Of a stretch of 35,981 bases of DNA, positions 9,699 to 19,503 are shown piece by piece; the first letter of the stretch is position 1, and every line of letters starts with the position of its first letter. The DNA comes from Candidatus Iainarchaeum sp. GTDB lineage: Archaea; B1Sed10-29; WALL01. A model generated the notes under the pieces. That model saw nothing but the letters and a program-made list of their open reading frames with translations. It searched no databases and had not been told where the DNA came from. Made by a program: the position numbers and the translations under genes. Location of the stretch: contig JAGGYF010000038.1 in NCBI GenBank assembly GCA_021162685.1, forward strand, positions 1 to 35,981, given 5' to 3'.

Positions 9699-10097
9699 AT
9701 GAATTTAGGGATTATTGTCTCAGAATTCAATTATGACATAACGTCTAAAATGTTGGAAAGAGCAAAGGCACATGCGAACTTTTTAGGGGTCAATGTGTCA
9801 GAGGTTGTATGGGTTCCAGGAGCATTTGATATGCCTCTTGCAATGAAAAAACTTGCAGAGAAAAGCGATGTTGATGCCATTGCTCTATTGGGTGCAGTAA
9901 TCAAAGGAGACACAGACCACGATCAGATAGTAGCACAGCATGCAGCAAGAAAAGCAGCAGACCTGTCCATAGAGTTCAACAAACCCATTGCTTTGGGCAT
10001 AATTGGACCAAACGTAACAAGAGCAGCTGCAATGGAGCGCATTGACGAGTATGCAAAAAGAGCAGTAGAAGCAGCAGTGAAAATGGCAAAGGTTTAG
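9699..10097 (+). CDS. ribH: 6,7-dimethyl-8-ribityllumazine synthase
   Basis: [27 protein letters not shown]. Confidence 0.96.
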   Translation: MNLGIIVSEFNYDITSKMLERAKAHANFLGVNVSEVVWVPGAFDMPLAMKKLAEKSDVDAIALLGAVIKGDTDHDQIVAQHAARKAADLSIEFNKPIALGIIGPNVTRAAAMERIDEYAKRAVEAAVKMAKV

Positions 10098-10099
10098 AT

Positions 10100-10657
10100 A
10101 TGTTAGAGGAAGCAATCTCAGCTATACGTTCAGGTAGGCCAGTGATTATCATAGATAACGAGGACAGGGAGAACGAATGTGATGTAGTATTTGCTGCTGA
10201 GAGGGTAACACCAGAAGCAGTAATATTCATGTTGAACCATGCAAAAGGACTCATATGCGTCTCAATGGATAGTAACGTTGCCGAGCGTCTTGAGATAAAG
10301 CCAATGGTCGAGAACAATGAAGACCCTCTACAAACGAATTTTGGCGTTTCTTTAGACCACATACAAACATCAACAGGCATCTCTGCATTTGATAGGGCAT
10401 TAACGATAAGAGCAATTGCAGACCCTGTGTCAAGACCAGAGGATTTCAGAAGACCTGGGCACATCTTCCCTTTGATCGCAAGGGATATCAAAGAGAGACA
10501 AGGGCATACAGAAGCATCTGTTGAGCTAATGAAAAGAGCAGAGATGCAGCCCGTTGCCGCAATTTGTGAGATACTCAACAAGGATGGGACAATGGCAAGA
10601 GAGAGGGATGTAAAGAAGTTTGGCATCCCTATTCTTCACATCAATGTTTTTATATGA
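10100..10657 (+). CDS. ribB: 3,4-dihydroxy-2-butanone-4-phosphate synthase
   Basis: DNEDRENECD, TGISAFDRA, RPGHIFPL, GHTEAS, AICEI. Confidence 0.95.
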   Translation: MLEEAISAIRSGRPVIIIDNEDRENECDVVFAAERVTPEAVIFMLNHAKGLICVSMDSNVAERLEIKPMVENNEDPLQTNFGVSLDHIQTSTGISAFDRALTIRAIADPVSRPEDFRRPGHIFPLIARDIKERQGHTEASVELMKRAEMQPVAAICEILNKDGTMARERDVKKFGIPILHINVFI

Positions 10658-11421
10658 ACAAAATAGCAATATTACCCATGAACGTGCCTAAATCACATCC
10701 TCGCTATGCTTCACTTATGCAGAGGGAGAAACTGATTGAAGGGGTGAAGAAAAACATAACCGCTATAGCAGGACTTATAGCGCATGGAAGGGGAGAGGCA
10801 TTTGATTATCTTATTGGAGAGAGAACCACAGAAAATGCAAAGAAAGCAATAAGAGCAGCAGTTGCGCGCATGCAGTCATCAAAAACAGTACTCTCTGTGA
10901 ATGGAAACGTTGCTGTTCTCTGTCCAGAGGAATACGTGAAACTAGCACATCTACTTCGTGCCCCTCTTGAGATAAATCTTTTCTATTATCGGCCAGAGCG
11001 AATAAATGCAATAAGAAATGCACTTTTGGAAGCTGGTGCAGAAGAGGATGAGATCTTAGTTAGCAATAAAGAATACCTGGATATAGAGAGCAATAGGAAA
11101 CAAGCGAATCCTGAGGGCATAGCAAAAGCAGAGACAGTATTGGTTCCACTGGAGGATGGCGATAGAACAGAGGCATTAAAAAGAGCAGGAAAGTTTGTTA
11201 TCACTATAGACCTAAATCCAATGTCAAGGACTGCAAGGTTTGCAGACATTACAATTGTGGATAACGTAATCAGGGCAGTGCCTCTCATGGTGGAATACGC
11301 AAAGGAAAGGCAAGAAGAGGCACCTTTTGATAATAAAGAAAATTTGAGAGAAGCAATGCAGATTATGAAGCAAAATCTGGAGCGTGAGCCTGATGTTACT
11401 TCTCATCCAGCACCTTCATGA
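10654..11421 (+). CDS. 4-phosphopantoate-beta-alanine ligase (phosphopantothenate synthetase)
   Basis: HPRYASL, AHGRGEAFDYLIGE, VPLEDGDR, IDLNPMSRT; last residues are supplied by the inserted DNA. Confidence 0.93.
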   Translation: MNKIAILPMNVPKSHPRYASLMQREKLIEGVKKNITAIAGLIAHGRGEAFDYLIGERTTENAKKAIRAAVARMQSSKTVLSVNGNVAVLCPEEYVKLAHLLRAPLEINLFYYRPERINAIRNALLEAGAEEDEILVSNKEYLDIESNRKQANPEGIAKAETVLVPLEDGDRTEALKRAGKFVITIDLNPMSRTARFADITIVDNVIRAVPLMVEYAKERQEEAPFDNKENLREAMQIMKQNLEREPDVTSHPAPS

Positions 11422-11469
11422 ACTCACTCTCACTATTTTAGTTCCAGGTAGCTTTGGTAGTCTTGACAT
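11396..11469 (-). pseudogene. hicA: HicA toxin remnant with internal deletion
   Basis: MSRLPKLPGTKIVR (11469-11426) joined out of frame to EFMKVLDEK* (11425-11396); catalytic middle absent. Confidence 0.72.
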
Positions 11470-11674
11470 GATCTACAACCTCAAAGAAGGTCATGAAAGG
11501 AATATTCCTCTTTTTTTCATTAGGGAACTCTTCAAGGTATAACTCAACTGCTTCTTTTAGATTTGATATTGCTTCGTCAATTGTCTTCCCTTGACTAACT
11601 ATTCCTGTTTCTGGGTTCTCCGCGATGTACATATCTTCCTCTTGTGTTATAATTGCAGTCATTCTACGCTTCAT
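11438..11674 (-). CDS. hicB: HicB family antitoxin
   Basis: YIAENPETGIVSQGKTIDEAISNLKEAVELYLE; AGGTGG RBS. Confidence 0.9.
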   Translation of the reverse strand: MKRRMTAIITQEEDMYIAENPETGIVSQGKTIDEAISNLKEAVELYLEEFPNEKKRNIPFMTFFEVVDHVKTTKATWN

Positions 11675-11756
11675 ATTTCCACCTAATAACTTTAGGAATC
11701 GTTATATTTATAAAAATTTATAAAACACTCGCTATCTAATATAGAGCGTGAGCCTG

Positions 11757-12932
11757 ATGTTGAGTATTAAGGGAAACAAAAGCAATCTTCTTAAGGGTAA
11801 AAGGATTACATTGTGTGTGACAGGTTCTGTTGCATGTATTGAGGCACCAAAAATAGCAAGGGAACTCATGAGACATGGTGCAGATGTTTTTCCTGTGATG
11901 TCTGAGTCAGCAGAGCATCTGATCACAAAGGAGCTTATGGAGTGGGCATGTGAGAATCCTGTTGTAACAAAACTTTCTGGTGAAATAGAGCATGTACGCT
12001 TAGGTGCTTATTCTGATTTGGTTCTGGTCTGTCCCTCTACTGCGAACACTATATCAAAGATCGCATGTGGTATAGATGATACTCCCGTGACAAGCACGGT
12101 TTCATGTGCCATAGGGGCAAAAAAGCCCGTTATAATTGTTCCAGCAATGCACGACTCTATGTACAAACATCCTATTGTGAAAGAAAACATAAAAAAACTA
12201 AAACGCATTGGTGTCGAATTTATAGGCCCGAGGATGATTGAAGGAAAAGCGAAGATTGCACTAAACGAGGATATTGCGGATGCAGTCCTTTTGAGAGTAG
12301 GTAAAAAGGATATGAAGGGAAAGAGGATGGTGGTGACAGCAGGACCTACGTTTGAGCGTATTGATGCTGTTAGGGGAATCACAAATATGAGTTCTGGTAT
12401 GATGGGTATTGAGCTGGCGAAAAATGCAGCATACCGTGGAGCTGATGTGACACTGGTGTACGGTCCAGGAAGGGTAACACCACCCAAGTTTTTGAAAACA
12501 ATATATGTAGAATCTGCAGATGAGATGCTGAAACAAACATTACAGGCAATGAGAAAAGCAAACATCCTCATTTCATGTGCAGCAATTGCAGATTACACGC
12601 CAACAAGAAGGGTGAGGGGAAAGATAGATTCCAGCAAACCATTGACATTAAAACTGAAACAAACAAAAAAACTTGTTTCTGAGGCAAGAAAACGATTCCC
12701 AAGAAAAACAATCATCGCGTTCAAGCTGGAAACAAAAAGACATGTGGAAAAAGCGAGGGAGAAGATGAAAAGGGATAAGCTGGATATGATTATTGCTAAT
12801 GATATATCTGCAATGGGGTCTGATAGAAATAAAGTATATATTATAACAAAAGATAAGATGAAGACCATAGGGCCCGCTTCAAAGCCACAGATAGCGAGTG
12901 CAATAATTGATGAGATAGCAAAAGGTTTTTAA
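11757..12932 (+). CDS. coaBC: Phosphopantothenoylcysteine decarboxylase/ligase
   Basis: VTGSVA, IEHV, TANTISK, PAMHDSM, TAGPTFERID, NMSSGMMG, AAIADY. Confidence 0.96.
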   Translation: MLSIKGNKSNLLKGKRITLCVTGSVACIEAPKIARELMRHGADVFPVMSESAEHLITKELMEWACENPVVTKLSGEIEHVRLGAYSDLVLVCPSTANTISKIACGIDDTPVTSTVSCAIGAKKPVIIVPAMHDSMYKHPIVKENIKKLKRIGVEFIGPRMIEGKAKIALNEDIADAVLLRVGKKDMKGKRMVVTAGPTFERIDAVRGITNMSSGMMGIELAKNAAYRGADVTLVYGPGRVTPPKFLKTIYVESADEMLKQTLQAMRKANILISCAAIADYTPTRRVRGKIDSSKPLTLKLKQTKKLVSEARKRFPRKTIIAFKLETKRHVEKAREKMKRDKLDMIIANDISAMGSDRNKVYIITKDKMKTIGPASKPQIASAIIDEIAKGF

Positions 12933-12964
12933 AGCAGCTGTGAGTTAAGGTGTTTGGTGAGCCT

Positions 12965-13219
12965 ATGACCATGGAGGATGAAGTGAAAACCACATACAAG
13001 ATGCTCAAAGAGAACAACTTTAAAGTGGCAGAGATCATTTTTGAAGGGGGCATCTCTGTAAAGGATACTCAGATTTTAGCAACACTACAGAAGCTTGTTG
13101 ATGAGGGCAAAGCATTTGGTATTGTTCATGTTATCTATCTCACACAGGATGGACAACAGAGGGTTATTGATATCACAGCTGGAAAGGTTCCAGAGCAGCA
13201 AAAGGAAGAATTGAAGTAG
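12965..13219 (+). CDS. Hypothetical protein
   Basis: Fills the gap on the operon strand; GGTGA RBS before ATG 12965; no family recognised. Confidence 0.65.
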   Translation: MTMEDEVKTTYKMLKENNFKVAEIIFEGGISVKDTQILATLQKLVDEGKAFGIVHVIYLTQDGQQRVIDITAGKVPEQQKEELK

Positions 13220-13276
13220 ATTATTCTATTTATGGATAGACAAATCTTTATAAATCTACGAGGGATAGATTAGAAC

Positions 13277-14305
13277 ATGGGAGTAGATATCTCTGATATA
13301 GTCCCAAAGACAGTTGTTGAGCTGGAACACCTCACAGGAAGAACAATTGCTATTGATGCGTACAACACGTTATATCAATTTCTTTCTGTCATAAGGCAAC
13401 CAGACGGTACACCTCTGCAGAATTCAAAGGGTGAGATTACCTCTCATCTCACAGGGCTATTATACAGGACTACTAACCTGGTGGAGCAAGGTATCAAACC
13501 GTGTTTTGTTTTTGATGGTGTTCCCCCAGAGAAAAAACACGAGACAATTATGAAGCGAATAGCAATAAGGATGGAAGCCAAGGAAAAATGGGATGAAGCG
13601 CTGGAGAAAGGAGATATAGAAGAAGCGCGGAGATATGCACAACAATCTGTAAAGCTCACAAAAGAAATGGTTGAGCAGTCAAAAGAATTGTTGAGTGCAA
13701 TGGGCATACCATATGTTCAGGCACCAAGCGAGGGAGAGGCACAAGCAAGCTATATGTGCTCAAACGGCAAGGTGTGGGGTGTGGGAAGCCAGGATTTTGA
13801 TTCACTTCTATTCGGTGCACCAAGATTGGTTAGAAACCTAACTATTACTGGGAGGAGGAAACTCCCGAGGAAGAACGTTTATGTTATGATCAAACCTGAG
13901 ATCATCCAGTTGGATAGTGTTCTGAGCGAGTTGGGTATTACACGAGAGCAACTCATTGAGATAGGATTGATTGTTGGCACAGATTATAATGAGGGAGTGA
14001 AAGGTATAGGACCAAAAAAGGCCCTTGCACTTGTGAAGAAGGGAAAAAGTGCAGAGGAGGTATTTAATGAGCACAATATGGATACAAAAGACCTGAAAAA
14101 GATAAGGATGTTATTCCTAAAACCAGACGTTACAGATGAGTATACTCTAACATGGGGGACACCAGATACCAAGAAACTCATTGAACTATTAGTTGAAAAA
14201 TATGAGTTTTCTGAAGATAGGGTAAAACGGACAGCAGAACGACTATCAAAGGCCTTAGAGGTAAAGGGCACACAATCCCGTTTAGACCAATGGTTTGGTG
14301 GTTAA
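13277..14305 (+). CDS. fen: Flap endonuclease 1
   Basis: IAIDAYNTLYQF, APSEGEAQ, SQDFDSLLFG, GTDYNEG, PIP box QSRLDQWF; TTTATAAA at 13247. Confidence 0.97.
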   Translation: MGVDISDIVPKTVVELEHLTGRTIAIDAYNTLYQFLSVIRQPDGTPLQNSKGEITSHLTGLLYRTTNLVEQGIKPCFVFDGVPPEKKHETIMKRIAIRMEAKEKWDEALEKGDIEEARRYAQQSVKLTKEMVEQSKELLSAMGIPYVQAPSEGEAQASYMCSNGKVWGVGSQDFDSLLFGAPRLVRNLTITGRRKLPRKNVYVMIKPEIIQLDSVLSELGITREQLIEIGLIVGTDYNEGVKGIGPKKALALVKKGKSAEEVFNEHNMDTKDLKKIRMLFLKPDVTDEYTLTWGTPDTKKLIELLVEKYEFSEDRVKRTAERLSKALEVKGTQSRLDQWFGG

Positions 14306-14845
14306 ATGCTTATAGAGAAGTTAAGGGATGCATTCAAAAGGAGAGATATAACACGCTTGAAGGAGATAAGTAACATAGCAATAGAGCAAGCCGCAATGAA
14401 CGAAGACAAAGAACTTGTTGATTTATCCCTCATTGCATATGCATTATACAAACTTCTCTCCAAGCAGCATTTTAAGAAGAAGAAGGAGTGGAAACATTTC
14501 CTTGCTGATGTTGAGACAGACCTTGATGAAGCAGTAAAGATGTCGCGTGAGGGAATGTCTTTGCATGGTATACTTGAGGAGGATATAATACGTGATATCT
14601 CTGAGATAGATGAGAGCTATGGTAATTATGTGAAGGACATATTACATAAAGCAAGAATAAAACAAGCATCTCGTGTTTATGCATTGGGCATGTCCTTACA
14701 AAAGGCGATAGAGCTTACTGGAGCAGATAGATTAGAGGTCTATAACTATATAGGGACGACAAGAATTCATGATAGGCCGTTCACATCAACAAAGGACGTA
14801 ATCAAGCGATTTAGGTATCTCAAAAAAATCTTTGAAGGACAATAA
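14306..14845 (+). CDS. Hypothetical helical protein
   Basis: 179-aa ORF abutting fen; resembles from memory conserved DPANN hypotheticals (unverified). Confidence 0.75.
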   Translation: MLIEKLRDAFKRRDITRLKEISNIAIEQAAMNEDKELVDLSLIAYALYKLLSKQHFKKKKEWKHFLADVETDLDEAVKMSREGMSLHGILEEDIIRDISEIDESYGNYVKDILHKARIKQASRVYALGMSLQKAIELTGADRLEVYNYIGTTRIHDRPFTSTKDVIKRFRYLKKIFEGQ

Positions 14846-14881
14846 ATACGTTTAAATATATGATTTCGTTTAACCATATGT

Positions 14882-16060
14882 ATGGACATTTTGCTCGAAC
14901 TCATCATTTTGCTCCTCCTTGCTAAGGGATTTGGAGAGATATGTGAGAAGATAGGAATACCAAGCGTTTTAGGATATATTATTACTGGGATTGTGGCAGG
15001 GCCCATGGTTTTAAAGGTGGCTCAGCCACAAGATGTACAAATCTTTGCGCAATTGGGTATCCTTTTCCTTCTGTTTATTACTGGGTTTGAGCAAGGGAAC
15101 ATAAGGGAATTGATGAAGGACATAAAAGCAATTGCTTCTGTTTCTATGTTGGGTTATTTCATACCATATGCCGCTGCAATGGCTATCGGTTGGTTTTTTG
15201 GCCTGACACTTAACCAACTTATCCTCTTGGGGCTTCTTGTGGCAGCAACAGATTCAGGCATAACGATAAAATCAATAGCAAGTGTGGGAAAGCTGGGAAC
15301 GCGTGCAGGAAAGATTATGGTTGGAGTTACAGTTATGGACGGACTGACAGGCTTGATAATCTTTACCCTAATCATGACATATGCAACGCTTGGCACAATT
15401 GATATTGCTGGGATCATGCATGTCCTCGCCTCAATTGTCGCCTTTCTCGCCATTTTTATTGTTATGCATAAGCTCGTTCCATTTGTCGTGAAATATGTTG
15501 AGTATATGAATGTAGAGCAGGCAGAGTTTTCATTCGCGTTTGCGTTTGTTATCCTTTTAGCAATAACAGCAGAACATTTTGGGTTGCATGGCATAATCGG
15601 AGCATTCCTTGCAGGCGTTATACTTTCCGATTCTCCAATGGGCACAACAACATTTCTAAGAAGGATATCTTCTATCTCATTAGCGATTTTTATCCCACTC
15701 TTCTTTATCTGGGGAGGATTGCTCCTAAATTTTGAATATATAAATCCTTTCTCCTTTGCTATTGTCGGGGGGGTTCTCATAGCAAATGCGGTTGCAGCAT
15801 ACCTTGCTGGTATGCTCAATAACGTTGGGAAAGAGGGGTCTCTCCTGATGTCCATAAGTATGCTTCCAAGAGGAGACATAAATCTTGTGTTAGCATCTAT
15901 TGCAGTAACTGCAGTTGGAAGGACAGGAGAGCCTATACTCACAAAAGAGGTAGGGGAACTATTCTTCTCAACAACCATGCTTCTTGTCCTGCTTGGTGCA
16001 ATCATAACTGCCGTCTTGTTAAAAATATTTATCCGTAAAAGGGAAGAGAAAGGTGGATGA
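14882..16060 (+). CDS. Cation:proton antiporter (CPA2/NapA-like)
   Basis: Many TM helices; ATDSGIT, VMDG, IIGAFLAG, MLPRGD. Confidence 0.9.
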   Translation: MDILLELIILLLLAKGFGEICEKIGIPSVLGYIITGIVAGPMVLKVAQPQDVQIFAQLGILFLLFITGFEQGNIRELMKDIKAIASVSMLGYFIPYAAAMAIGWFFGLTLNQLILLGLLVAATDSGITIKSIASVGKLGTRAGKIMVGVTVMDGLTGLIIFTLIMTYATLGTIDIAGIMHVLASIVAFLAIFIVMHKLVPFVVKYVEYMNVEQAEFSFAFAFVILLAITAEHFGLHGIIGAFLAGVILSDSPMGTTTFLRRISSISLAIFIPLFFIWGGLLLNFEYINPFSFAIVGGVLIANAVAAYLAGMLNNVGKEGSLLMSISMLPRGDINLVLASIAVTAVGRTGEPILTKEVGELFFSTTMLLVLLGAIITAVLLKIFIRKREEKGG

Positions 16061-16777
16061 ATGGTAACATTTAATTTTCTACCAATAGAATATGATAGTG
16101 ATGCAAATCTCCTCTATTTTGATGGCGAGCAATTACATCCAGATGTTAGAACATTAGAGCAAGCAAAACCCGTTCTGTATAATTCAGATGTGGATGCACC
16201 GCGTGAACTGTATTATATGTATCGTAATGTATTTCTTGATAGCCACAAGGAACTTTTTGAGAGGTTTGGTATAAGATACGATATCACTGTTCTACCGCCT
16301 TTGTTCATTGGCAGCGAATACAATAAAACAGTTGGTCATTTCCACCCAGTAGTGCCTGGAACAGATATGACCTATACAGAAATTTACGAGGTGCTCTATG
16401 GAAATGCATATTATATGTTGTTTAACAAGGATGAAGTGAGGGTAGTTGAAGCAAAGGCTGGAGACCAGGTTATAGTCCCACCAAATTTTGGTCATATTAC
16501 CATAAATCCATCTGAAAAAAAGCCACTTATCATGGCAAACCTTGTTTCTAGTAATTTCGCATCTGAATACAAAGAAGTGAGGGAGAGGAAGGGAGGCCCA
16601 TACTACTACATAAAAGAAAAAAGCTGGATAAAAAACCCATATTATAAAAAGGATATGCAATTGAATATTGTGCGCCCAAATCAATTATTTAATGAGAATA
16701 TATACTCTATGTTTGTTCGCTCTCCCACCTCTTTCAATTTTTTAAGGGACCCATCTCACCTCTTTATGGAGGATTAG
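16061..16777 (+). CDS. Cupin-type glucose-6-phosphate isomerase family protein
   Basis: RYDITV, KTVGHFH, TEIYEVLYG, VPPNFGHITIN. Confidence 0.88.
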   Translation: MVTFNFLPIEYDSDANLLYFDGEQLHPDVRTLEQAKPVLYNSDVDAPRELYYMYRNVFLDSHKELFERFGIRYDITVLPPLFIGSEYNKTVGHFHPVVPGTDMTYTEIYEVLYGNAYYMLFNKDEVRVVEAKAGDQVIVPPNFGHITINPSEKKPLIMANLVSSNFASEYKEVRERKGGPYYYIKEKSWIKNPYYKKDMQLNIVRPNQLFNENIYSMFVRSPTSFNFLRDPSHLFMED

Positions 16778-16778
16778 C

Positions 16779-17870
16779 ATGGATGATGCAAAGAAGATGC
16801 TTTTAATACAATTATTTCTCTCGTCCGCAGTAGCGTTGGGATGGACGTTTTTCATACCTTATACTCTGTCAGTTGGTTTCAGTGTTCTAGACATACTACT
16901 ATATGCACTTGTTATCTGGGTCTCACCTTTTATTGTGTTATCAATAAAGAAAACGATTGATGCTAGGAAAGCTATGTCAATTGGATTATTTGCCCGTATG
17001 CTTGCTTTTGTTTTGGCCATCTCCTTTCTCTTCAAGGAGCAAATCTTTCTCATATCCCTTATGTTTGGTGTGATGATCATCTATTTTTGGCTGAGTATTA
17101 ACACGCTATACGAAAAGATAACAACAAAGTCAAATAGGGCATTTAGGAACAGCCTATTCCTTTTTGTTTGGCCATTCACCAGAACAATCCTACCAGCAGT
17201 TGGAGGAATACTTGCCTCGCTCTATGGATATCCCTCCCTTTTTGTTATTGGTACATTACTAGTACTCCCTACAGTGTTTATTGCCCAAACTGTCAAGAAG
17301 ACCTGCAATATGCATATATCCCTCCCAAAACATTTGAACAAGCACATAGTCCCTCTCACGTTTATTGAAGGGGTATGGAATGGAACTATATGGATAACTA
17401 TCGGGATAATAACATTGACATTTATAACAGAACCAAAACATTTTGGAACATTTTTTTCATATTTGGGTCTAATGGGCGCTGCTTCTTCCATTTTGCTTGG
17501 TGTGTTCTCGGATAAAATAAAACGGAGATTAAGATTTGCATTTACAATTGTTGCGTTCTCATCACTCTTCACAATCCTCTCATCATTAAGCCACACATTC
17601 TATCTTTGGACTGTTGCAACAGGGTTTCTCTTCTTTTTTTCAAACATGACCACGCCGTTCCTATGGACTGTTATAACAGAGACAACATCAAAAACATTTA
17701 ATGCAATGCTAAACAGAGAGATTGGTTTAGCACTTGGTAGGATGTTCGGAACATTGATAGCAATAATCTCCTACCTCCTTGGTGATTTACACTTATCGCT
17801 GATGATCGCAGGATTTATCTTCATCACTTATCCACTTGCTTTTGTTCTTCTGCGCATACACCTAATTTAA
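16779..17870 (+). CDS. MFS transporter
   Basis: About 12 hydrophobic segments in two halves; GVFSDKIKRR motif A. Confidence 0.82.
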   Translation: MDDAKKMLLIQLFLSSAVALGWTFFIPYTLSVGFSVLDILLYALVIWVSPFIVLSIKKTIDARKAMSIGLFARMLAFVLAISFLFKEQIFLISLMFGVMIIYFWLSINTLYEKITTKSNRAFRNSLFLFVWPFTRTILPAVGGILASLYGYPSLFVIGTLLVLPTVFIAQTVKKTCNMHISLPKHLNKHIVPLTFIEGVWNGTIWITIGIITLTFITEPKHFGTFFSYLGLMGAASSILLGVFSDKIKRRLRFAFTIVAFSSLFTILSSLSHTFYLWTVATGFLFFFSNMTTPFLWTVITETTSKTFNAMLNREIGLALGRMFGTLIAIISYLLGDLHLSLMIAGFIFITYPLAFVLLRIHLI

Positions 17871-18350
17871 GCTTGATTCAAGTATTCTTCTTATCGGATC
17901 TTCGGGTGCATATTTCAGTGTCTCAAATACCACAAACGTTTCTGTCCTGGCTATATCAGAAAGCCCCTGTATCTTTTTTATAAGTGCAGTTAGTTGTCTT
18001 CTATCCTTTACACTGGCTTCTATAAGCGTGTCATACCTCCCCAATAGATGATGAACTTGAGATACTTCTCTGAGATACATGAGGGAACGTTCTGTTTTTG
18101 TATAATCTGTCTGACGTTTGAAGGAGGCCATTGTGTACACCATTATATCCAGCCCAATTTTTTCTGGGTCTACATCTACTGTAAATCTTCTGATTACTCC
18201 CTTCTTTTTCAAGGATTTTATACATCTCTGTACTGTCTGCCTGCTCAACCATGTCTCCTTTGCTATTTCTGAATAACTCATTCTGGAGTTATCCAAAAGG
18301 CACAAAAGCACCTTTTTTTCGGCCTTTCCTAACATTTTATACACCACCAT
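17862..18350 (-). CDS. Lrp/AsnC family regulator
   Basis: NSRMSYSEIA HTH, GVIRRFT, LLGRYD; start may be 18350 or 18335. Confidence 0.92.
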   Translation of the reverse strand: MVVYKMLGKAEKKVLLCLLDNSRMSYSEIAKETWLSRQTVQRCIKSLKKKGVIRRFTVDVDPEKIGLDIMVYTMASFKRQTDYTKTERSLMYLREVSQVHHLLGRYDTLIEASVKDRRQLTALIKKIQGLSDIARTETFVVFETLKYAPEDPIRRILESSLN

Positions 18351-18487
18351 TTTGTCCAAATATATGTCTATTTCCCTATTTAAATGTTACTATCTGTCAA
18401 TTTATTTATAAATAATTTAACCAAATTGTTAAATAAAAAAGGCAAAGATATATCTTTATGTTATATACATAAATATAATTGCGAGGC

Positions 18488-18573
18488 TGACTTGAGCAGG
18501 TGTTGTTTGATACAATATCTGCGAGGATAGATCGGTCAAAGCATTCCATTACAAATAGGGGGTGGTGGAATGC
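18488..18573 (+). promoter_or_regulatory. Structured 5' leader, candidate cis-regulatory RNA
   Basis: Stems 18496-18506/18512-18522 and 18541-18552/18562-18573 with G-U pairs; second stem covers part of the RBS and the ATG. Confidence 0.5.
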
Positions 18574-18790
18574 AGATAGGGACGCTTTTCCGGTGTTAAT
18601 TATATGGAGTCACGAAGGGAAGTATTGGCTCTTCGTGCTAGGATTCATAGTTGGTGCCTATTTCGGTGCTATACCAAAGTACGCTGCTGCCGTGTCCTTC
18701 GTAATTGGCCTCTTTGAACAGGCTCTCCAGTCATACTTCATATTCCTGCAAGTCGGCATCATTGCAGGGATAATAGCAAGGGGTACGTAA
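18570..18790 (+). pseudogene. Small membrane protein gene, apparently frameshifted near its start
   Basis: RBS-led ATG 18570 gives MQIGTLFRC*; hydrophobic frame PVLIIW...GIIARGT* ends at 18790, followed by an oligo-T terminator. Confidence 0.45.
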
Positions 18791-18855
18791 TGTGCCCCTC
18801 TTACTTCTTTTTTTCCACATGTTATTAAAAGGTTAGACAACACAATCTTTCTCTT

Positions 18856-19503
18856 ATGAATAAAATCAAATTGATATGCAAGAGGCTTGAGAGAGCATAT
18901 GGTAAACCAGCTATAGAGTGCAACAAACCCCTTGACACATTAATACAAACAATACTCTCGCAGAACACATCTGATACAAATTCATATAGGGCCTTCTCCT
19001 CCCTTAAAAAGAGGTTTAAGACATGGGATGCTGTGATGAAAGCAAAAACAAAAACCATTGAAGACACGATAAGAATAGGAGGGCTTCCTCACATAAAAGC
19101 AGAGCGAATAAAACACGTCCTAAAAGAAATAAAACATAGGAGAGGCAGTTTTGACCTCTCTTTTTTGAGGACAATGAGCCATAAAGATGCAATGAAATGG
19201 TTGGTTTCACTAAAAGGTGTTGGACCAAAAACAGCAGCAGTTGTTCTCATGTTTTGCTTCAATAAACCAATAATGCCTGTGGATACACATGTGTATAGGA
19301 TAAGCAAACGACTTGGCATTGTTCCCAAGTATACTACAAGAGAAAAAACCCAGGAGATACTCAATGGCATTATCCCTGATAGTTGTAAATATATACTTCA
19401 TATCAATATGATAGAGCATGGGAGAAGGATATGCAGGGCAAAAAAGCCTCTCTGTGACAAATGCATACTAAATAGCGTATGTGACAGTGCATTTACTTTT
19501 TAA
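18856..19503 (+). CDS. nth: Endonuclease III family glycosylase
   Basis: ILSQNTSD, LKGVGPKTA HhH, PVDTHV, C-x6-C-x2-C-x5-C cluster. Confidence 0.93.
   Translation: MNKIKLICKRLERAYGKPAIECNKPLDTLIQTILSQNTSDTNSYRAFSSLKKRFKTWDAVMKAKTKTIEDTIRIGGLPHIKAERIKHVLKEIKHRRGSFDLSFLRTMSHKDAMKWLVSLKGVGPKTAAVVLMFCFNKPIMPVDTHVYRISKRLGIVPKYTTREKTQEILNGIIPDSCKYILHINMIEHGRRICRAKKPLCDKCILNSVCDSAFTF

Larger units (their letters stand above)
11380..11761. mobile_element. 346-bp insert (11398-11743) carrying hicBA, flanked by an exact 18-bp direct repeat
   Basis: GAGCGTGAGCCTGATGTT at 11380-11397 and 11744-11761; no transposase or terminal inverted repeats seen. Confidence 0.8.

Noticed and set aside
11398-11743. 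IS or MITE interpretation of the insert
   Set aside because: No terminal inverted repeats or transposase remnant; content is fully explained by hicBA.
18402-18434. AT-rich palindromes upstream of the first Lrp gene
   Set aside because: Plausible Lrp sites but too AT-rich to tell from chance or TATA boxes.
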